64,000 nucleotides of DNA from a virus (Duplodnaviria > Caudoviricetes), in the IMG/VR virus record IMGVR_UViG_2671180612_000001, positions 47,561 to 111,560 of that record; one strand, given 5' to 3'. The notes under the pieces are model-generated. The model saw nothing but the letters and a program-made list of their open reading frames with translations. It was not told where the DNA came from and did not search any database. The translations under genes were made by a program, and so were the position numbers. The first letter of the stretch is position 1. Each line of letters opens with the position of its first letter. Shown here piece by piece: positions 47,101 through 56,701 of this stretch.

Positions 47101-48719
47101 CGGACGGGACGCGCTCGAACTACGTGCCGTATCCGGTCTCCGACAACCAATTCGAGTTCGTCACGATCCCCGGCCTTCGCGTCGAGGCGATCCTGCGCGC
47201 CTACGATCGCCGCTTCAACTACTCGGTGGCGACCGATCCGATCATCGTGGACGCGGCTCGCGACCTCGTGGCGCCGGACGCACCGACGGGTCTGATCGTG
47301 CGCCCGACCATCAAGGCGCTATGGCTCACCTGGGCTCCGAACGAGGAGCGGGACGTCTCGCACTACGAGGTCTATGTCGGTGAGACGCTGGACGTCCTGC
47401 CGAACGCGATCGTCAAGGACAGCGCCTCGACGTCCTTCATCTACTACCCCGAAGGCGCGACGACCAAAGAGACCTACTACATGCGCGTTCGCGCGGTGGA
47501 CGTCTCCGGCAACGCGAGCGACTGGTCGGGCGCGGTCTCTGCCTCGACGCTCGACACGTCCTCGATCATCGACGACCTCGAGTTCGACCTCGAGAGCCTC
47601 AACGGGCAGATCGACGGCACGCAGATCGACAACCTGTCGATCTCGACCCCGCATCTGCGCACCAACGCCGTGGACGCGCGCCATATCCGCGCCTTCGCGA
47701 TCCGGGCCGTGCATCTCGCGACCGAGGAGCTGATCACCAACCGCGCGCAGATCGGCGATGCGGTGATCGACAGCGCGCACATCATCGAACTGGACGCGGC
47801 GAAGCTCCGGGCAGGGACGGCGCTCGCCGGCTCGATCGTCGTGGGCAACCAGACGCTCGCGCAGATCCAGGCGAACTCGCAGGCCGATCCGGTCGATCGG
47901 ATCAATCGCGGCGCGACCTTCATCGATCCGGGCAAGATCCGCATCAAGGGCGCCTCGACGCTCACGAGCTGGATCATGGGCGGCGACTCCACCGAGATCA
48001 ACGGCGGGGCGATCGCGGCCAACACCGTTAAGACCAACTCGCTCGAGGTCGGTCAGCGCGGCATCGCGATCGAGGGCGTGGAGTTCGAGCACAACAAGCC
48101 CTCGCTCAACTACGTCTCGTGGACGGCCGGCACGATCCGCTACATCACCGACGAGGGGATGCTCGCGAGCGTGTCGATCCCGGCCGGCCAGGCGCAATAC
48201 ACGGGCCAGCCGCTCTACCTCGTCTACATCGCCGGCACGGCCGGGGTGAGCTTCTCGACGTCGGTCGCCTACTCGGTCTCGGGCGGGGCGCAGAGCTGCA
48301 TCACGCTCGCCTGCTACCGCGGCAACCTCGACCTCGTGACGAATTGGGGCCGCACGGTCATCGACGGGTCGAAGATCAAGACGGGCACGGTCGACACCGA
48401 CCAGCTCGCCGCGCGCTCGGTGAAGGCCAACAACATCGACGTCGGCGCCGTCAACGCCGGCCATATCCAGTCGCGCCAGATCACGTCCGACAAGGCCGCG
48501 ATCGGCTTCCTCCTGGCCGAGCACATCAAGGCCAAGCAGGTGAATGCCGAGCATATCAACGTGGGCTCGCTGTCGGCGATCTCGGCCAACATCGGCGACA
48601 TCACGGCCGGCGTCGCGCGTTCGGCCAACGGCAAGTTCCGGATCGAGTTCGACAACGCGCGCATCCTGGTCTGGGACGAGAACAACGTCCTGCGCGTTCG
48701 CCTTGGGTTCCTGGGCTGA
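44133..48719 (+). CDS. tail tip / host specificity protein J
   Basis: CEGEIEG, NNPAW, FN3-like repeats, LSAISANIG. Confidence 0.92.
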   Translation: MRNAALPIERILEGSGGSMKGGSGKAAKEASDTLRSNAIARIAELICEGEIEGIVGGPQGVYFDQTPLMNADGTLNFTGVEFEQRVGTPDQDHVPGLVQVETPYDVSVEVKQATGPVTRTIVDQGADAVRVIINIPALVQYTDKGDINGTHLVYGIDVRPSGGSWGRAVHKTLVNEKTTSGVQIDHVIELRGTGPWDLRVVREWPDSTSSKLSNSLIWGAYSVIQRGKFTYPYSAYAYLVINAEQFGSSIPARNYKVRGLKIQVPTNYDPYTRTYSGMWDGRFKIAWTNNPAWIFYDLLTNNRYGLGEFIDAQRIDKWSLYQIGRYCDEVVPSGFKNQQGGDLHEHRFTFNGVINTRTEAYTVLKNITNTFRGMAFWAVGQVYAVADMPTDPKMTVAPANVIEGRFSYSGTSRKSRHSVAQVSWNDPADFGKSAVEAVINDEALRKFGWRETRVQAHGCTSRGQAHRYGKWILDTELHETETVAFSAGWDMADLKPFEIINVHDPAKMSARTAGRIVEISANLRTVTLDAAFEPENQFAYHLSVAMPSGVMESVKIQSWSNDGRTVVLERALSAQPVDQTIYGLFSSYLNPRPFRVLTIKENDGIFQVTALLHDPTKYARVERDILLDPINYTRPPSTTEAPIAAEAVETQFLENGTPVSRILLSWTPGSPLAVRHMVEVAGPRGRATFNNIEVPYQEIENVVAGRYTFKITSFGITGIPSKPFTYEYDAKGWGEAAMPQVIDLHMPGGPVFNRPDAEIAWTNVLAAPQFYLRNTVQVWDAETSTLLRSEVVQGERYVYTLERNRIDNRAQGRSPARKLRFVVTLQDTLERTSPEASLAVENPVPDTPAPEVYPGVNQIFLNWTNPADLDFAGTLVWVTETPNFDPEVEAPVVDTTSSILSYPIYSGRTQYIRIACYDTFGKTGLKFSPQFQVTPLVSDVDVDPPIRPTGFKGESTLTEDGRARILFTWDENTEDTDLAGFQISIREVLSDGTRSNYVPYPVSDNQFEFVTIPGLRVEAILRAYDRRFNYSVATDPIIVDAARDLVAPDAPTGLIVRPTIKALWLTWAPNEERDVSHYEVYVGETLDVLPNAIVKDSASTSFIYYPEGATTKETYYMRVRAVDVSGNASDWSGAVSASTLDTSSIIDDLEFDLESLNGQIDGTQIDNLSISTPHLRTNAVDARHIRAFAIRAVHLATEELITNRAQIGDAVIDSAHIIELDAAKLRAGTALAGSIVVGNQTLAQIQANSQADPVDRINRGATFIDPGKIRIKGASTLTSWIMGGDSTEINGGAIAANTVKTNSLEVGQRGIAIEGVEFEHNKPSLNYVSWTAGTIRYITDEGMLASVSIPAGQAQYTGQPLYLVYIAGTAGVSFSTSVAYSVSGGAQSCITLACYRGNLDLVTNWGRTVIDGSKIKTGTVDTDQLAARSVKANNIDVGAVNAGHIQSRQITSDKAAIGFLLAEHIKAKQVNAEHINVGSLSAISANIGDITAGVARSANGKFRIEFDNARILVWDENNVLRVRLGFLG

Positions 48720-49021
48720 TGGCCGCGTTCGGACTTCAGGTGTGGGACGCCCAAGGGCGTCTCACCGTCAACACCGATCGCCGGCTTGTCTCGATCCTGG
48801 GCTACACCGACGTCGGCAACGACGGCTTCCTCGACCATGGCGGGTTCTTGCGTGGCACGCCCGCCTGGTTCGTGCAGCCGCTTCCCAACGGCCAACCCTT
48901 CAACTTCTCGATGACGCCGCGGATCTGGATGGAAGGCGCGACGCGCCTGCGCTGGGCCTACCAGGGCTCGCCAGCGCTCGGCCAGGCGCGCGCGCATCGC
49001 ATCATCTTTGGAACGCGCTGA
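48719..49021 (+). CDS. tail-associated hypothetical protein
   Basis: GLQVWDAQG motif; coupled to J. Confidence 0.65.
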   Translation: MAAFGLQVWDAQGRLTVNTDRRLVSILGYTDVGNDGFLDHGGFLRGTPAWFVQPLPNGQPFNFSMTPRIWMEGATRLRWAYQGSPALGQARAHRIIFGTR

Positions 49022-49731
49022 TGAGCTATGGCCTTGCAGTCACCAACGACCATGGCACGATCCAGATCGACCAGGACTTCTCGAACCTGGCGCTGCGCGC
49101 GTCAGGGCAGGCGGTCCTCACCGAGCAAGCCGTCGGCGGCACCGGCTACAACGTCTGGGCCGCGGAGATCGTCTGGCACGGCGAGTTCCCGATCATCTTC
49201 TGGCAGAGCTCGCACAACCTCGTTCTCCTGCGCACGCAGATCAACGGATCGGAGCACCGCTTCCTGATCGCCGGCCCGCGCGACGGGGCGAACTACCACG
49301 TCTTCAACTGGTTCATCTACGATCGGCCTCCTCCGAGCGGCGAGCGCTTCGGGCTCCAGATTTGGGACGGCGTCGGGCGGCAGGTGTTCGACAGCGCGCA
49401 CCGCTACCTCGAGATCGTCCATCTGGCCGAGATCGGGCAGTCGTCTCAAGCGGACGCCGGCAACAACCACGACGTCGGGCCTGGCAACTGGATCGTGACC
49501 AACGGCTCTTTCCAGTGGTCGCTGGGCTCGATCCCGGTTCCCCAGCAAGGCGGAAACGGCGGAACGCAGATCGGCGGCTATATCTACTACTGGCGAGCGC
49601 ACGGCATCCGAAACACCGGCATGGGGCTCAACGTGCGCGATATGTTCATCTGGCAGTCTGGCGGGCCGGTGAACTATCAGAACGTCGGCGGCGGGCCGAT
49701 GTATGCGATGATCGCGCGAGCGCCGGAATAA
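49021..49731 (+). CDS. tail-associated hypothetical protein
   Basis: YGL...N..G..QID and FGLQIWDG..VFDS motifs. Confidence 0.65.
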   Translation: MSYGLAVTNDHGTIQIDQDFSNLALRASGQAVLTEQAVGGTGYNVWAAEIVWHGEFPIIFWQSSHNLVLLRTQINGSEHRFLIAGPRDGANYHVFNWFIYDRPPPSGERFGLQIWDGVGRQVFDSAHRYLEIVHLAEIGQSSQADAGNNHDVGPGNWIVTNGSFQWSLGSIPVPQQGGNGGTQIGGYIYYWRAHGIRNTGMGLNVRDMFIWQSGGPVNYQNVGGGPMYAMIARAPE

Positions 49732-49803
49732 TCGATCGACGCGCCTACCGGCGTGCGGTAGGATAAGCAAACGCTTACTTATTTCCGCACGCCTTGAGGG
49801 ACC

Positions 49804-51552
49804 ATGACTACATTCTCCGACGCCCAGGGCTCGATCCTCGACTCGATCAAGGATCGGGCCGAGACCTCGACCACGTCGGCCGAGGAGCTCTCCTACCTCA
49901 CGCAGGCTCTCAAGCAGATCGGCGGCACGGGCAAGCCGTCCAGTCAGGACATCGCCGCGACCCAGACCGCGCTCCTTGAGCGCATCCGCGCGCGCGCCGC
50001 GGAAGCGGGCGTGAAGTCCGAGGATCTGAACAACCTGGGCTCGGCGCTGCGCTACATCGGCATCGAGACCTCGCTGTCCGAGTTCCGGCTCCTCGTCTCG
50101 AAGGCGCTCACCGACCTCAACACGCTCGGCTCGGGCTCCGTCCAGGAGATCACCGATCTCGTCGTCGACGGCACGCTCGCGATCACGCAGCTCCGCGACC
50201 AGACCATCTCGCGCGTCGAGGCCGTCCGGCTCGACACCGAGGATTGGGACTCGCGCATGTCGGCCAACCGACAGGACGCGATCGACGCCGCATCCCGCGC
50301 GGCCAGCAGCGAGGCAAGCGTTAAAGCGGATGCCGACCGCGCCTCGACTGCTGCGACCAACGCCGGCACCAGCGAGAAGAACGCCAAGACGTCGGAGACC
50401 AACGCGGCGAGCTCGGCCTCGAAGGCAAAAACCTCCGAGATCAACGCCAAGAGCTCCGAGAGCAAGGCCGCGACGTCGGCGACGAACGCCAAGACGAGCG
50501 AGACGAACGCAGCCTCGAGTGCCGGCACCGCTGCGACCGATGCCGGCCGGGCCGAAGCTGCGGCGACGCGCGCCGAGGGCGCCGACATTTCGGGCCACGG
50601 GGCCAACACCAACAACCCGCACAAGGTCACGGCCGCGCAGGTCGGCGCCTACTCCAAGGAGGAAGCCGACACCCGAACCGGCGAGCTCGCCTACACCAAG
50701 ACCGCGGCCGACGGGCGCTTCTACACCAAGGAGGAGATCGACGCGGTCAAGACGGCCTGGGACAAGGCGCTCTCGGACCATACGGCCAACAAGTCGAACC
50801 CGCACGCCGTCACCAAGGCGCAGGTGGGTCTGGGCAACGCCGACAACACGTCGGACGCCAACAAGCCCGTCTCGAGCGCTGCGCAGACCGCTCTGAACGC
50901 CAAGGAGGACGACCTTTCCCGGCGCTCGCAGGTCAACATCGCCGGCAACGTCGCTTCGGCCGGGCGCCGCGCGGTCACGCTCTATGGTGGAGCGAACGCG
51001 ACGGGCTACGGCGAGATCGCGCGCGGGTCCGGCTCAAACGGCAACATGAATATCGTGAACACCGGGTCGGGCGACATCGTGCTTCAGCCGCAGACCGGCA
51101 TCATCACGATCAACAACCAAGCCGTGATGTTCAAGCCGAACCAGCCGCGCTGCATCGGGCACCGCGCGCAGGGCCGCTTCGAGGACTTCAGCGGAAACAC
51201 GTCCTACGGCATTCTGGGCGGCTTCGAGCTGAACGTGGGCGGCTTCTACTCGGGCGGTGCCATCGGGCCGAGCGGACAGGCGCTCCATGTCCCGACGACC
51301 GGCCTCTACCTCATCATCCACAAGGTCTATTTCGGCGACAACCAGCAAGCCCGGCGCCTGAACGTCCTCGTCAACAACTCGGTTTCGGTCGGCTTCTGTC
51401 ACAACGTCGGCGCTTCGGGCGGAACCTCGACGTCCGTCTCGATGCGCGCTCTGAACGCTGGAGACTACCTCTGCTACCGGCCCGATCAGAACCCGGTGAA
51501 CGTCTACACCGGGGCCAATCACACCGAAGTTCAACTCTACCTCCTGGGATAA
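49804..51552 (+). CDS. tail fibre protein
   Basis: Stf-like SETNA repeats, NPHxVTxAQVG repeats, beta-rich tip. Confidence 0.8.
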   Translation: MTTFSDAQGSILDSIKDRAETSTTSAEELSYLTQALKQIGGTGKPSSQDIAATQTALLERIRARAAEAGVKSEDLNNLGSALRYIGIETSLSEFRLLVSKALTDLNTLGSGSVQEITDLVVDGTLAITQLRDQTISRVEAVRLDTEDWDSRMSANRQDAIDAASRAASSEASVKADADRASTAATNAGTSEKNAKTSETNAASSASKAKTSEINAKSSESKAATSATNAKTSETNAASSAGTAATDAGRAEAAATRAEGADISGHGANTNNPHKVTAAQVGAYSKEEADTRTGELAYTKTAADGRFYTKEEIDAVKTAWDKALSDHTANKSNPHAVTKAQVGLGNADNTSDANKPVSSAAQTALNAKEDDLSRRSQVNIAGNVASAGRRAVTLYGGANATGYGEIARGSGSNGNMNIVNTGSGDIVLQPQTGIITINNQAVMFKPNQPRCIGHRAQGRFEDFSGNTSYGILGGFELNVGGFYSGGAIGPSGQALHVPTTGLYLIIHKVYFGDNQQARRLNVLVNNSVSVGFCHNVGASGGTSTSVSMRALNAGDYLCYRPDQNPVNVYTGANHTEVQLYLLG

Positions 51553-51555
51553 TCG

Positions 51556-52143
51556 ATGCTCATCGAAATCACCGATGCGGAGATGCGCGCGCTCGAATAC
51601 GAGATCGCTGACCCCGCCTTCCTCTACACCTCGCAGATCCAGGGCCGCGCCAAGGCGCTCGCCGACCAGATCGTCGCGCTTGAGGTCGACCGCTGCCGCA
51701 AGAACGGCATCGCGATCCCGTCGAGCGACGAGGCGATCGTCGTTCAGGCATACGAGGCCGGCACCGTGAAGACAGCCGAGCGGCGCCTTGCCGACGAGCT
51801 CGCCACGCAGCCGCCCATCGACGCGCCGGCCGAGCCTGGCACCCTCAAGGCGATCTCGCGCAAGCAGTTCGCGCTCGCGGTCTGCCAGGACGGGGTGATC
51901 AGCTTCGACGAGGCGCTCGCATGGGCGACTGTCGGCACGCTGCCGAAGATCCTGGCCGGCGTCCTCGACATGATCCCGGACGACCAGGTGCGCCAGGAGG
52001 CGATCATGCACCTGGCCGCGTCCACGCAGTTCGAGCGTTCGCACCCGCTCACTCCCTTCGTCGCCTACCTCCTGTCGAGCGACGAGAAGACCTACGACAG
52101 CGCCGCGCTCGATGAGCTGTGGGCGCGCGCTGCCACCCTCTGA
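51556..52143 (+). CDS. putative tail fibre assembly protein
   Basis: ISRKQF...FERSHP...LDELW pattern, after the fibre gene. Confidence 0.55.
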   Translation: MLIEITDAEMRALEYEIADPAFLYTSQIQGRAKALADQIVALEVDRCRKNGIAIPSSDEAIVVQAYEAGTVKTAERRLADELATQPPIDAPAEPGTLKAISRKQFALAVCQDGVISFDEALAWATVGTLPKILAGVLDMIPDDQVRQEAIMHLAASTQFERSHPLTPFVAYLLSSDEKTYDSAALDELWARAATL

Positions 52144-52168
52144 CCACAGCCACCGAAAGGAAATCACC

Positions 52169-52384
52169 ATGGCCGACACCCCGAAGATGAACATCGCCAA
52201 CTTCGCAGCCGACACCCTCAACGACCGCGTGACCGTCACGGTCATCAGCGAAGGGTCGGGCGGGCATAACCTCGCGATCTACGCGCCCTTCGCCGAGAGC
52301 GCCAAGGGCAGCGTCAAGGAGCAGGTGAAGGCGTCCGCGCTCGCCTATCTCGACCAGGTGCGCGCCGTCATCGCTGCCGCCTGA
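52169..52384 (+). CDS. hypothetical protein
   Basis: GAAAGGAA RBS. Confidence 0.65.
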   Translation: MADTPKMNIANFAADTLNDRVTVTVISEGSGGHNLAIYAPFAESAKGSVKEQVKASALAYLDQVRAVIAAA

Positions 52385-52776
52385 TGAGCGTCTACACCGA
52401 GCCAGGTCTCCGGCTCGATTTCTTCGACGGGCAGGGGAGGGACGCCAAGCTCCTCGAGCCCATCGAATACGAGCGGGAGCACAAGGGATCGGGCCGATGG
52501 GTCATCGTCCCGGTCGGCTTCGTCACCGACGGCGCCACGGTCCCGCGCTGCCTGTGGTGGTTCCTGCCGCCGTGGGGCACGAGGGAGTCGAAGGCCGCGG
52601 TCGTCCACGACTTCCTTCTGTCGATGGGCGTCGAGTGGCGCGAGGCGGCGAGGGAGCTGCGCACGGCGCTGATCGCGATCGGCGTCAGTCCGGTGCGCGC
52701 GGAGATCGTCTATCGGGGCGTCCTCGCCAAGCGTCACATCGACGTATGGGTATCGTTCGCCTCCCGCTTCTGTTAG
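52384..52776 (+). CDS. DUF1353-like protein
   Basis: VPVGFVTDGATVP, AAVVHD. Confidence 0.8.
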   Translation: MSVYTEPGLRLDFFDGQGRDAKLLEPIEYEREHKGSGRWVIVPVGFVTDGATVPRCLWWFLPPWGTRESKAAVVHDFLLSMGVEWREAARELRTALIAIGVSPVRAEIVYRGVLAKRHIDVWVSFASRFC

Positions 52777-52817
52777 GATAAGTAATTGCTTACTTACCTG
52801 CTGGAAGGTCTCTCTAA

Positions 52818-53096
52818 ATGTCGGTTCCCAAGGAAGGCTTCGCGCTCGCTCCGCGGCACCTGACGTATGCAGCGACCCTGATCGGTCTGTTCCTCGCGTT
52901 CTGGAACGGCACTGGATACCTGTCGAACCTCGAATACCGCGTCGCGACCGCCGAGAAGGAGATCGTGACGCTCAAGGCGGACAACAAGGAACTCCGCGTC
53001 GACATCGCCGGCAAGGTTGAGAAGCTCTCCACCCAGATTCACGGGCTCACGATCGCCATCACCGGCCTCGAAGCCCGTCAGCCGGAGAAGCGCTGA
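52818..53096 (+). CDS. membrane protein with coiled coil (lysis-associated?)
   Basis: One TM helix plus coiled coil, before endolysin. Confidence 0.6.
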   Translation: MSVPKEGFALAPRHLTYAATLIGLFLAFWNGTGYLSNLEYRVATAEKEIVTLKADNKELRVDIAGKVEKLSTQIHGLTIAITGLEARQPEKR

Positions 53097-53283
53097 TGTT
53101 CCGTTCCACCAAGCCTTTCCGGACGAGCGACGAGATCGTTCGTCCGGCCATCATGGCATTCTGCTCCTTCGTCCTGATCCTGACGGCCCAGCATCTTGGG
53201 CACCAACTCGCCGGTGCAGCGCAAGCCGCTCCAGAGCCGCATTCGCTCGCGCTGGCGTCTAAGTAAGAGGTTACTTTTTCACC

Positions 53284-53829
53284 ATGAAGACCGTAGACCA
53301 GATGATCGCCGACATCATCCGTCGGGAAGGCGGATACGTCGACGACAAGAACGACAACGGCGGGGCGACCAATCACGGCGTCTCGCTGCGCTATGCCAAG
53401 GGCAAGCCCGAGCTGGACCTCAACGGCGACGGCGTGATCGACGCCAAGGACATCCGGCTCGTCACGCCCGAGATCGCAGCGGAGCTCTACAAGCAGGACT
53501 TCTTCGTCCAGCCGAACATTCACCGTCTGCCGCTGAAGCTTCAGCCGCAGGTGTTCGACATGAGCGTGAACGCCGGCGCCAAGCGCGCGGTGATCCTCCT
53601 CCAGAACACGATCTCGCAGCTCGGCATCCGCATCAACATCGACGGCGCGATCGGTCCCGTGACGATCCGGCTCGCAGAGCAGGCGATCGCCCGCTTCGGC
53701 TTCAAGCGCGTCAACAACGGCTACGTCACCAACCGGATCGCCTTCTACGAGCGCCTGGTCGCGAACGACGCCAAGCAGGGTCGCTTCCTCAAGGGCTGGA
53801 AGAACCGAGCCAACGAGTTCCGCCTGTGA
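53284..53829 (+). CDS. endolysin, glycoside hydrolase family 108
   Basis: EGGY..D..D.GG.TNHG, FDMSVNAG, FLKGWKNR. Confidence 0.92.
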   Translation: MKTVDQMIADIIRREGGYVDDKNDNGGATNHGVSLRYAKGKPELDLNGDGVIDAKDIRLVTPEIAAELYKQDFFVQPNIHRLPLKLQPQVFDMSVNAGAKRAVILLQNTISQLGIRINIDGAIGPVTIRLAEQAIARFGFKRVNNGYVTNRIAFYERLVANDAKQGRFLKGWKNRANEFRL

Positions 53830-54131
53830 GCCAGAAGCCGCGGGCCGGAGACGACAACTGGACGATCAGGCGACGGGTCATGCTCGTCGTCCTCGGCTGG
53901 CTGCTCGGCAACGCCCAATACATCATCCTTTGGGGCAACGAGAGCGCGCTGCACGAGCAGGCATTCCTCGCCCTCATGGGTGTCATCGTGTCGATCGTCG
54001 GCTGCTACGTCTTCGGAGCCGCCTACGACGACAATTCCAAGCGCAAGCATCGCCGCCCGTTCCCGCGATCGCCCTTCGGCGACGACGACGAGCCGCGTCT
54101 TGCCCGTCCTCGAGTGGATCCCGAATTTTGA
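53826..54131 (+). CDS. putative holin
   Basis: GTG overlap; WTIRRR, two TM helices, YVFGAAYDD. Confidence 0.7.
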   Translation: MSQKPRAGDDNWTIRRRVMLVVLGWLLGNAQYIILWGNESALHEQAFLALMGVIVSIVGCYVFGAAYDDNSKRKHRRPFPRSPFGDDDEPRLARPRVDPEF

Positions 54132-54592
54132 CCGTCGTTCTCACCTGGTTGGCCGGGAAGCTTCGCAAGCTCCCCGGTCGAGTCATTTTCACCCTCCTGT
54201 TCGTCGTAGCGCTCTGCCTGGGCGCGTTCGTCGGTGCGATGCACCTGCGCGACCTGAAAGCGACGATCGCGCGTCAGGCGGCTTCTCTGGCCGTCGAGCG
54301 CATCGCCAAGGATCTCGCCGAGCAGGCGAACAAGGAGCTCGAGCTCCTGATCGAGGACCAGACCTGGCGCCTCGAGAAGCTCCAGGACGCCAACCGCACC
54401 ATCACGGAAGGCATGGGTCCGCTGAAGAAGCAGATCGAGGAGCTCACCCGCAAGCCGGCGCCGGTCCCGACCAACCGCCCCAACACCCCGACCCAGACCG
54501 AAAGCGCGCCCGATGCGAACCGCAGCCTTCCTGACCGCCTCAATGCTCTGCATGGCGACCTTAACCGGATGCTTAAGCAGTCGAGCCGGTAA
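54128..54592 (+). CDS. putative i-spanin
   Basis: N-terminal TM plus coiled coil; overlaps a lipoprotein gene. Confidence 0.65.
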   Translation: MTVVLTWLAGKLRKLPGRVIFTLLFVVALCLGAFVGAMHLRDLKATIARQAASLAVERIAKDLAEQANKELELLIEDQTWRLEKLQDANRTITEGMGPLKKQIEELTRKPAPVPTNRPNTPTQTESAPDANRSLPDRLNALHGDLNRMLKQSSR

Positions 54593-54824
54593 CGAACCCC
54601 TGGCGCGTCCGCGCGCCGAGCTCTTCCACCCGGCTCTCCCCGATCCGGTGGATCTGTCGATCGAGCGCTACGAGCTCTGCCCGCACGAAGACCCGGACGA
54701 GTTCGTCTGCCAGACCCCGGAGAACGCGCAGACCGCGCTCCGGAACAAGGCGGAACTGCTCCGGCACATGCAGCAGAGCCGCGCGCTGATCGACTACTAC
54801 CAGACCGCAAGACCCACGAACTAA
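54513..54824 (+). CDS. putative o-spanin lipoprotein
   Basis: LTGC lipobox, Pro-rich, overlaps i-spanin 3' end. Confidence 0.7.
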   Translation: MRTAAFLTASMLCMATLTGCLSSRAGNEPLARPRAELFHPALPDPVDLSIERYELCPHEDPDEFVCQTPENAQTALRNKAELLRHMQQSRALIDYYQTARPTN

Positions 54825-54830
54825 AAGCCT

Positions 54831-54887
54831 TCGATCTACATTAGAACTAAACAATATATCTTAGATATAAGCTCTAATGTAGATCGA
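54831..54887. repeat. AT-cored inverted-repeat element, copy 3
   Basis: Perfect 15-bp arms TCGATCTACATTAGA / TCTAATGTAGATCGA, 27-bp AT-rich spacer. Confidence 0.85.
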
Positions 54888-55045
54888 CGGATCTTCCGGC
54901 TCGAAACCACGATCCCCCGCATAGCTGACCGGCTCGCACGAATTTTTCCGTCTTGCGTCGTTCTAGGCGCCATGCAAGATAAATAAGCGCTTACTCTGTC
55001 GCTATGTTTCACCCATCGACTACCCAACGCATCTGGAGCCCTACG

Positions 55046-55867
55046 ATGCCCAAGCTCAACGCCACCCGGAACCGTCAGCAGGAACGTCGCGATCGTCGCC
55101 AGGATCGCATCCTCGCTCGCCAGGCCGCGGAGCGCGACTTCTCCATGCCCGTCCGTCCCCGCAAGCGCACCGTGACGCACGTCGCCCCGATGACCGAGGC
55201 GCAGGAGGTCTACGACGAGAACATCCGCGACGAGAGCATCGTCTTCGGCATCGGCCCTGCCGGCACCGGCAAGACCTGGTTCGCCGCGATGCGCGCCGCC
55301 CAGGCGCTCGAGGCCGGCGAGATCGACAAGATCATCGTCACCCGCCCGAACGTCGAGGCCGCGGAGGACAAGCTCGGCTTCCTGCCCGGCGAGCTGGACG
55401 AGAAATATGAGCCCTACTTCCGGCCCGTGAAGGACGCCTTCGTTGAGTTCTTCGGCGAGTCCCAGGTCGAGGGCATGATCAAGAGCGGCGCGATCGAGGC
55501 CCGCCCGCTGGCGTTCCTGCGCGGCGCGACCCTCAAGAACTGCTGGGTGATCGCGGACGAGATGCAGAACGCGACCCGCAACCAGATGAAGCTCCTCCTG
55601 TCGCGCATCGGCGAGAACGCCAAGTTCATCGTCAACGGCGATCCCAACCAGCTCGACATCCCGAAGGAGTCCACGGGCCTCGTCGACGCCATGGAGCGTC
55701 TCGACGGCATCAAGGGCGTCGCGGCCGTCATGTTCGGCTACGAGGACATCGTCCGGTCGGGCCTCTGCCAGGCCATCGTGCAAGCTTACGAAAACCCTTC
55801 TGACGATCGCTATATCTACAGCGAGAACGACAACGCCGGTGTGCGAAGGTTTTTGAAAGCATCATGA
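55046..55867 (+). CDS. phoH: PhoH family ATPase
   Basis: GPAGTGKT, LGFLPG, RGAT, DEMQN, GD..Q.D. Confidence 0.92.
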   Translation: MPKLNATRNRQQERRDRRQDRILARQAAERDFSMPVRPRKRTVTHVAPMTEAQEVYDENIRDESIVFGIGPAGTGKTWFAAMRAAQALEAGEIDKIIVTRPNVEAAEDKLGFLPGELDEKYEPYFRPVKDAFVEFFGESQVEGMIKSGAIEARPLAFLRGATLKNCWVIADEMQNATRNQMKLLLSRIGENAKFIVNGDPNQLDIPKESTGLVDAMERLDGIKGVAAVMFGYEDIVRSGLCQAIVQAYENPSDDRYIYSENDNAGVRRFLKAS

Positions 55868-56601
55868 TCGCAGTGCAGGAACGAAACGCGATGTCGGGCC
55901 TCGAGTCCGACATCCTGGCGACCAAGCATATCCGCAAGGAGTTCATCGCGATGGAGGGGAGCCTCTTCACGCGCAAGTGGTTCTCCTACCGCCAGCTCGT
56001 TCCTGCCGAAGCGACCATGGAATACGTCGCCGCGTATTTCCGCCAGTTCCGCATCACCTTCGCCCGCAACATCGACAAGCGCACCTCGACGTTCATCAAG
56101 CCCAAGTTCCTCAAGGAGGGCTACGAGAGCGTCGAGGAGTTCGCGGAAGCGTTCGAGGATCCGAGCGCCAAGAAGAAGCTCGTGTCCTGCTGGCGCGGCC
56201 GTCAGGTCGCCGACGCGCTCGGAATGCCCTACGACGTCTACATCGACCTCGTGATGGGCTTCCGCCTTCGCTACTGGACGCACAGCTACTTGCCCCAGCC
56301 GCAGCACCTCTTCGGGCCGGAGGACGTCGAGAAGACGGCCGAGCGCTGGGAGGAGATGCAGAAGGGGCGCATCTACGTCTGCGACGAGCCCGCCTATCAC
56401 AACGAGAACTACGTCGGCGCCGCCTACCAGAACGACCATCACGAATGGCTCTTCAAGCAGGCGTTCATGCGACAGAACCCCGTCGCCTACCTGACCGACT
56501 TCGTGGGCCAGAACCTCATTCCGATGGAGAAGGTCGCAGCGCGTCTATCCGCGCGGGATCGACAAGCCCTCAACGACAACGTGTCGATACCCAACGCTTA
56601 G
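55864..56601 (+). CDS. hypothetical replication-region protein
   Basis: Long ORF between phoH and helicase. Confidence 0.7.
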   Translation: MIAVQERNAMSGLESDILATKHIRKEFIAMEGSLFTRKWFSYRQLVPAEATMEYVAAYFRQFRITFARNIDKRTSTFIKPKFLKEGYESVEEFAEAFEDPSAKKKLVSCWRGRQVADALGMPYDVYIDLVMGFRLRYWTHSYLPQPQHLFGPEDVEKTAERWEEMQKGRIYVCDEPAYHNENYVGAAYQNDHHEWLFKQAFMRQNPVAYLTDFVGQNLIPMEKVAARLSARDRQALNDNVSIPNA

Positions 56602-56701
56602 TCGCGTATATCTGCAAGCGAGAAGAGCGCGCTTTGACGCGCATTTTTTAGCGCTTCGTGGATAAGTAAACGCTTATTTTCGTAGAAGGAACGGACGCTC
56701 G

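Noticed and set aside
50340-50560. Repeated SETNA-encoding DNA as a diversity-generating or invertible element
   Set aside because: Ordinary Stf-like fibre repeats; no reverse transcriptase or invertase nearby.
54831-54887. Protelomerase (tel) site
   Set aside because: Arms are separated by a 27-bp non-palindromic spacer, the element is multicopy, and no protelomerase gene is in the window; not excluded elsewhere on the replicon.
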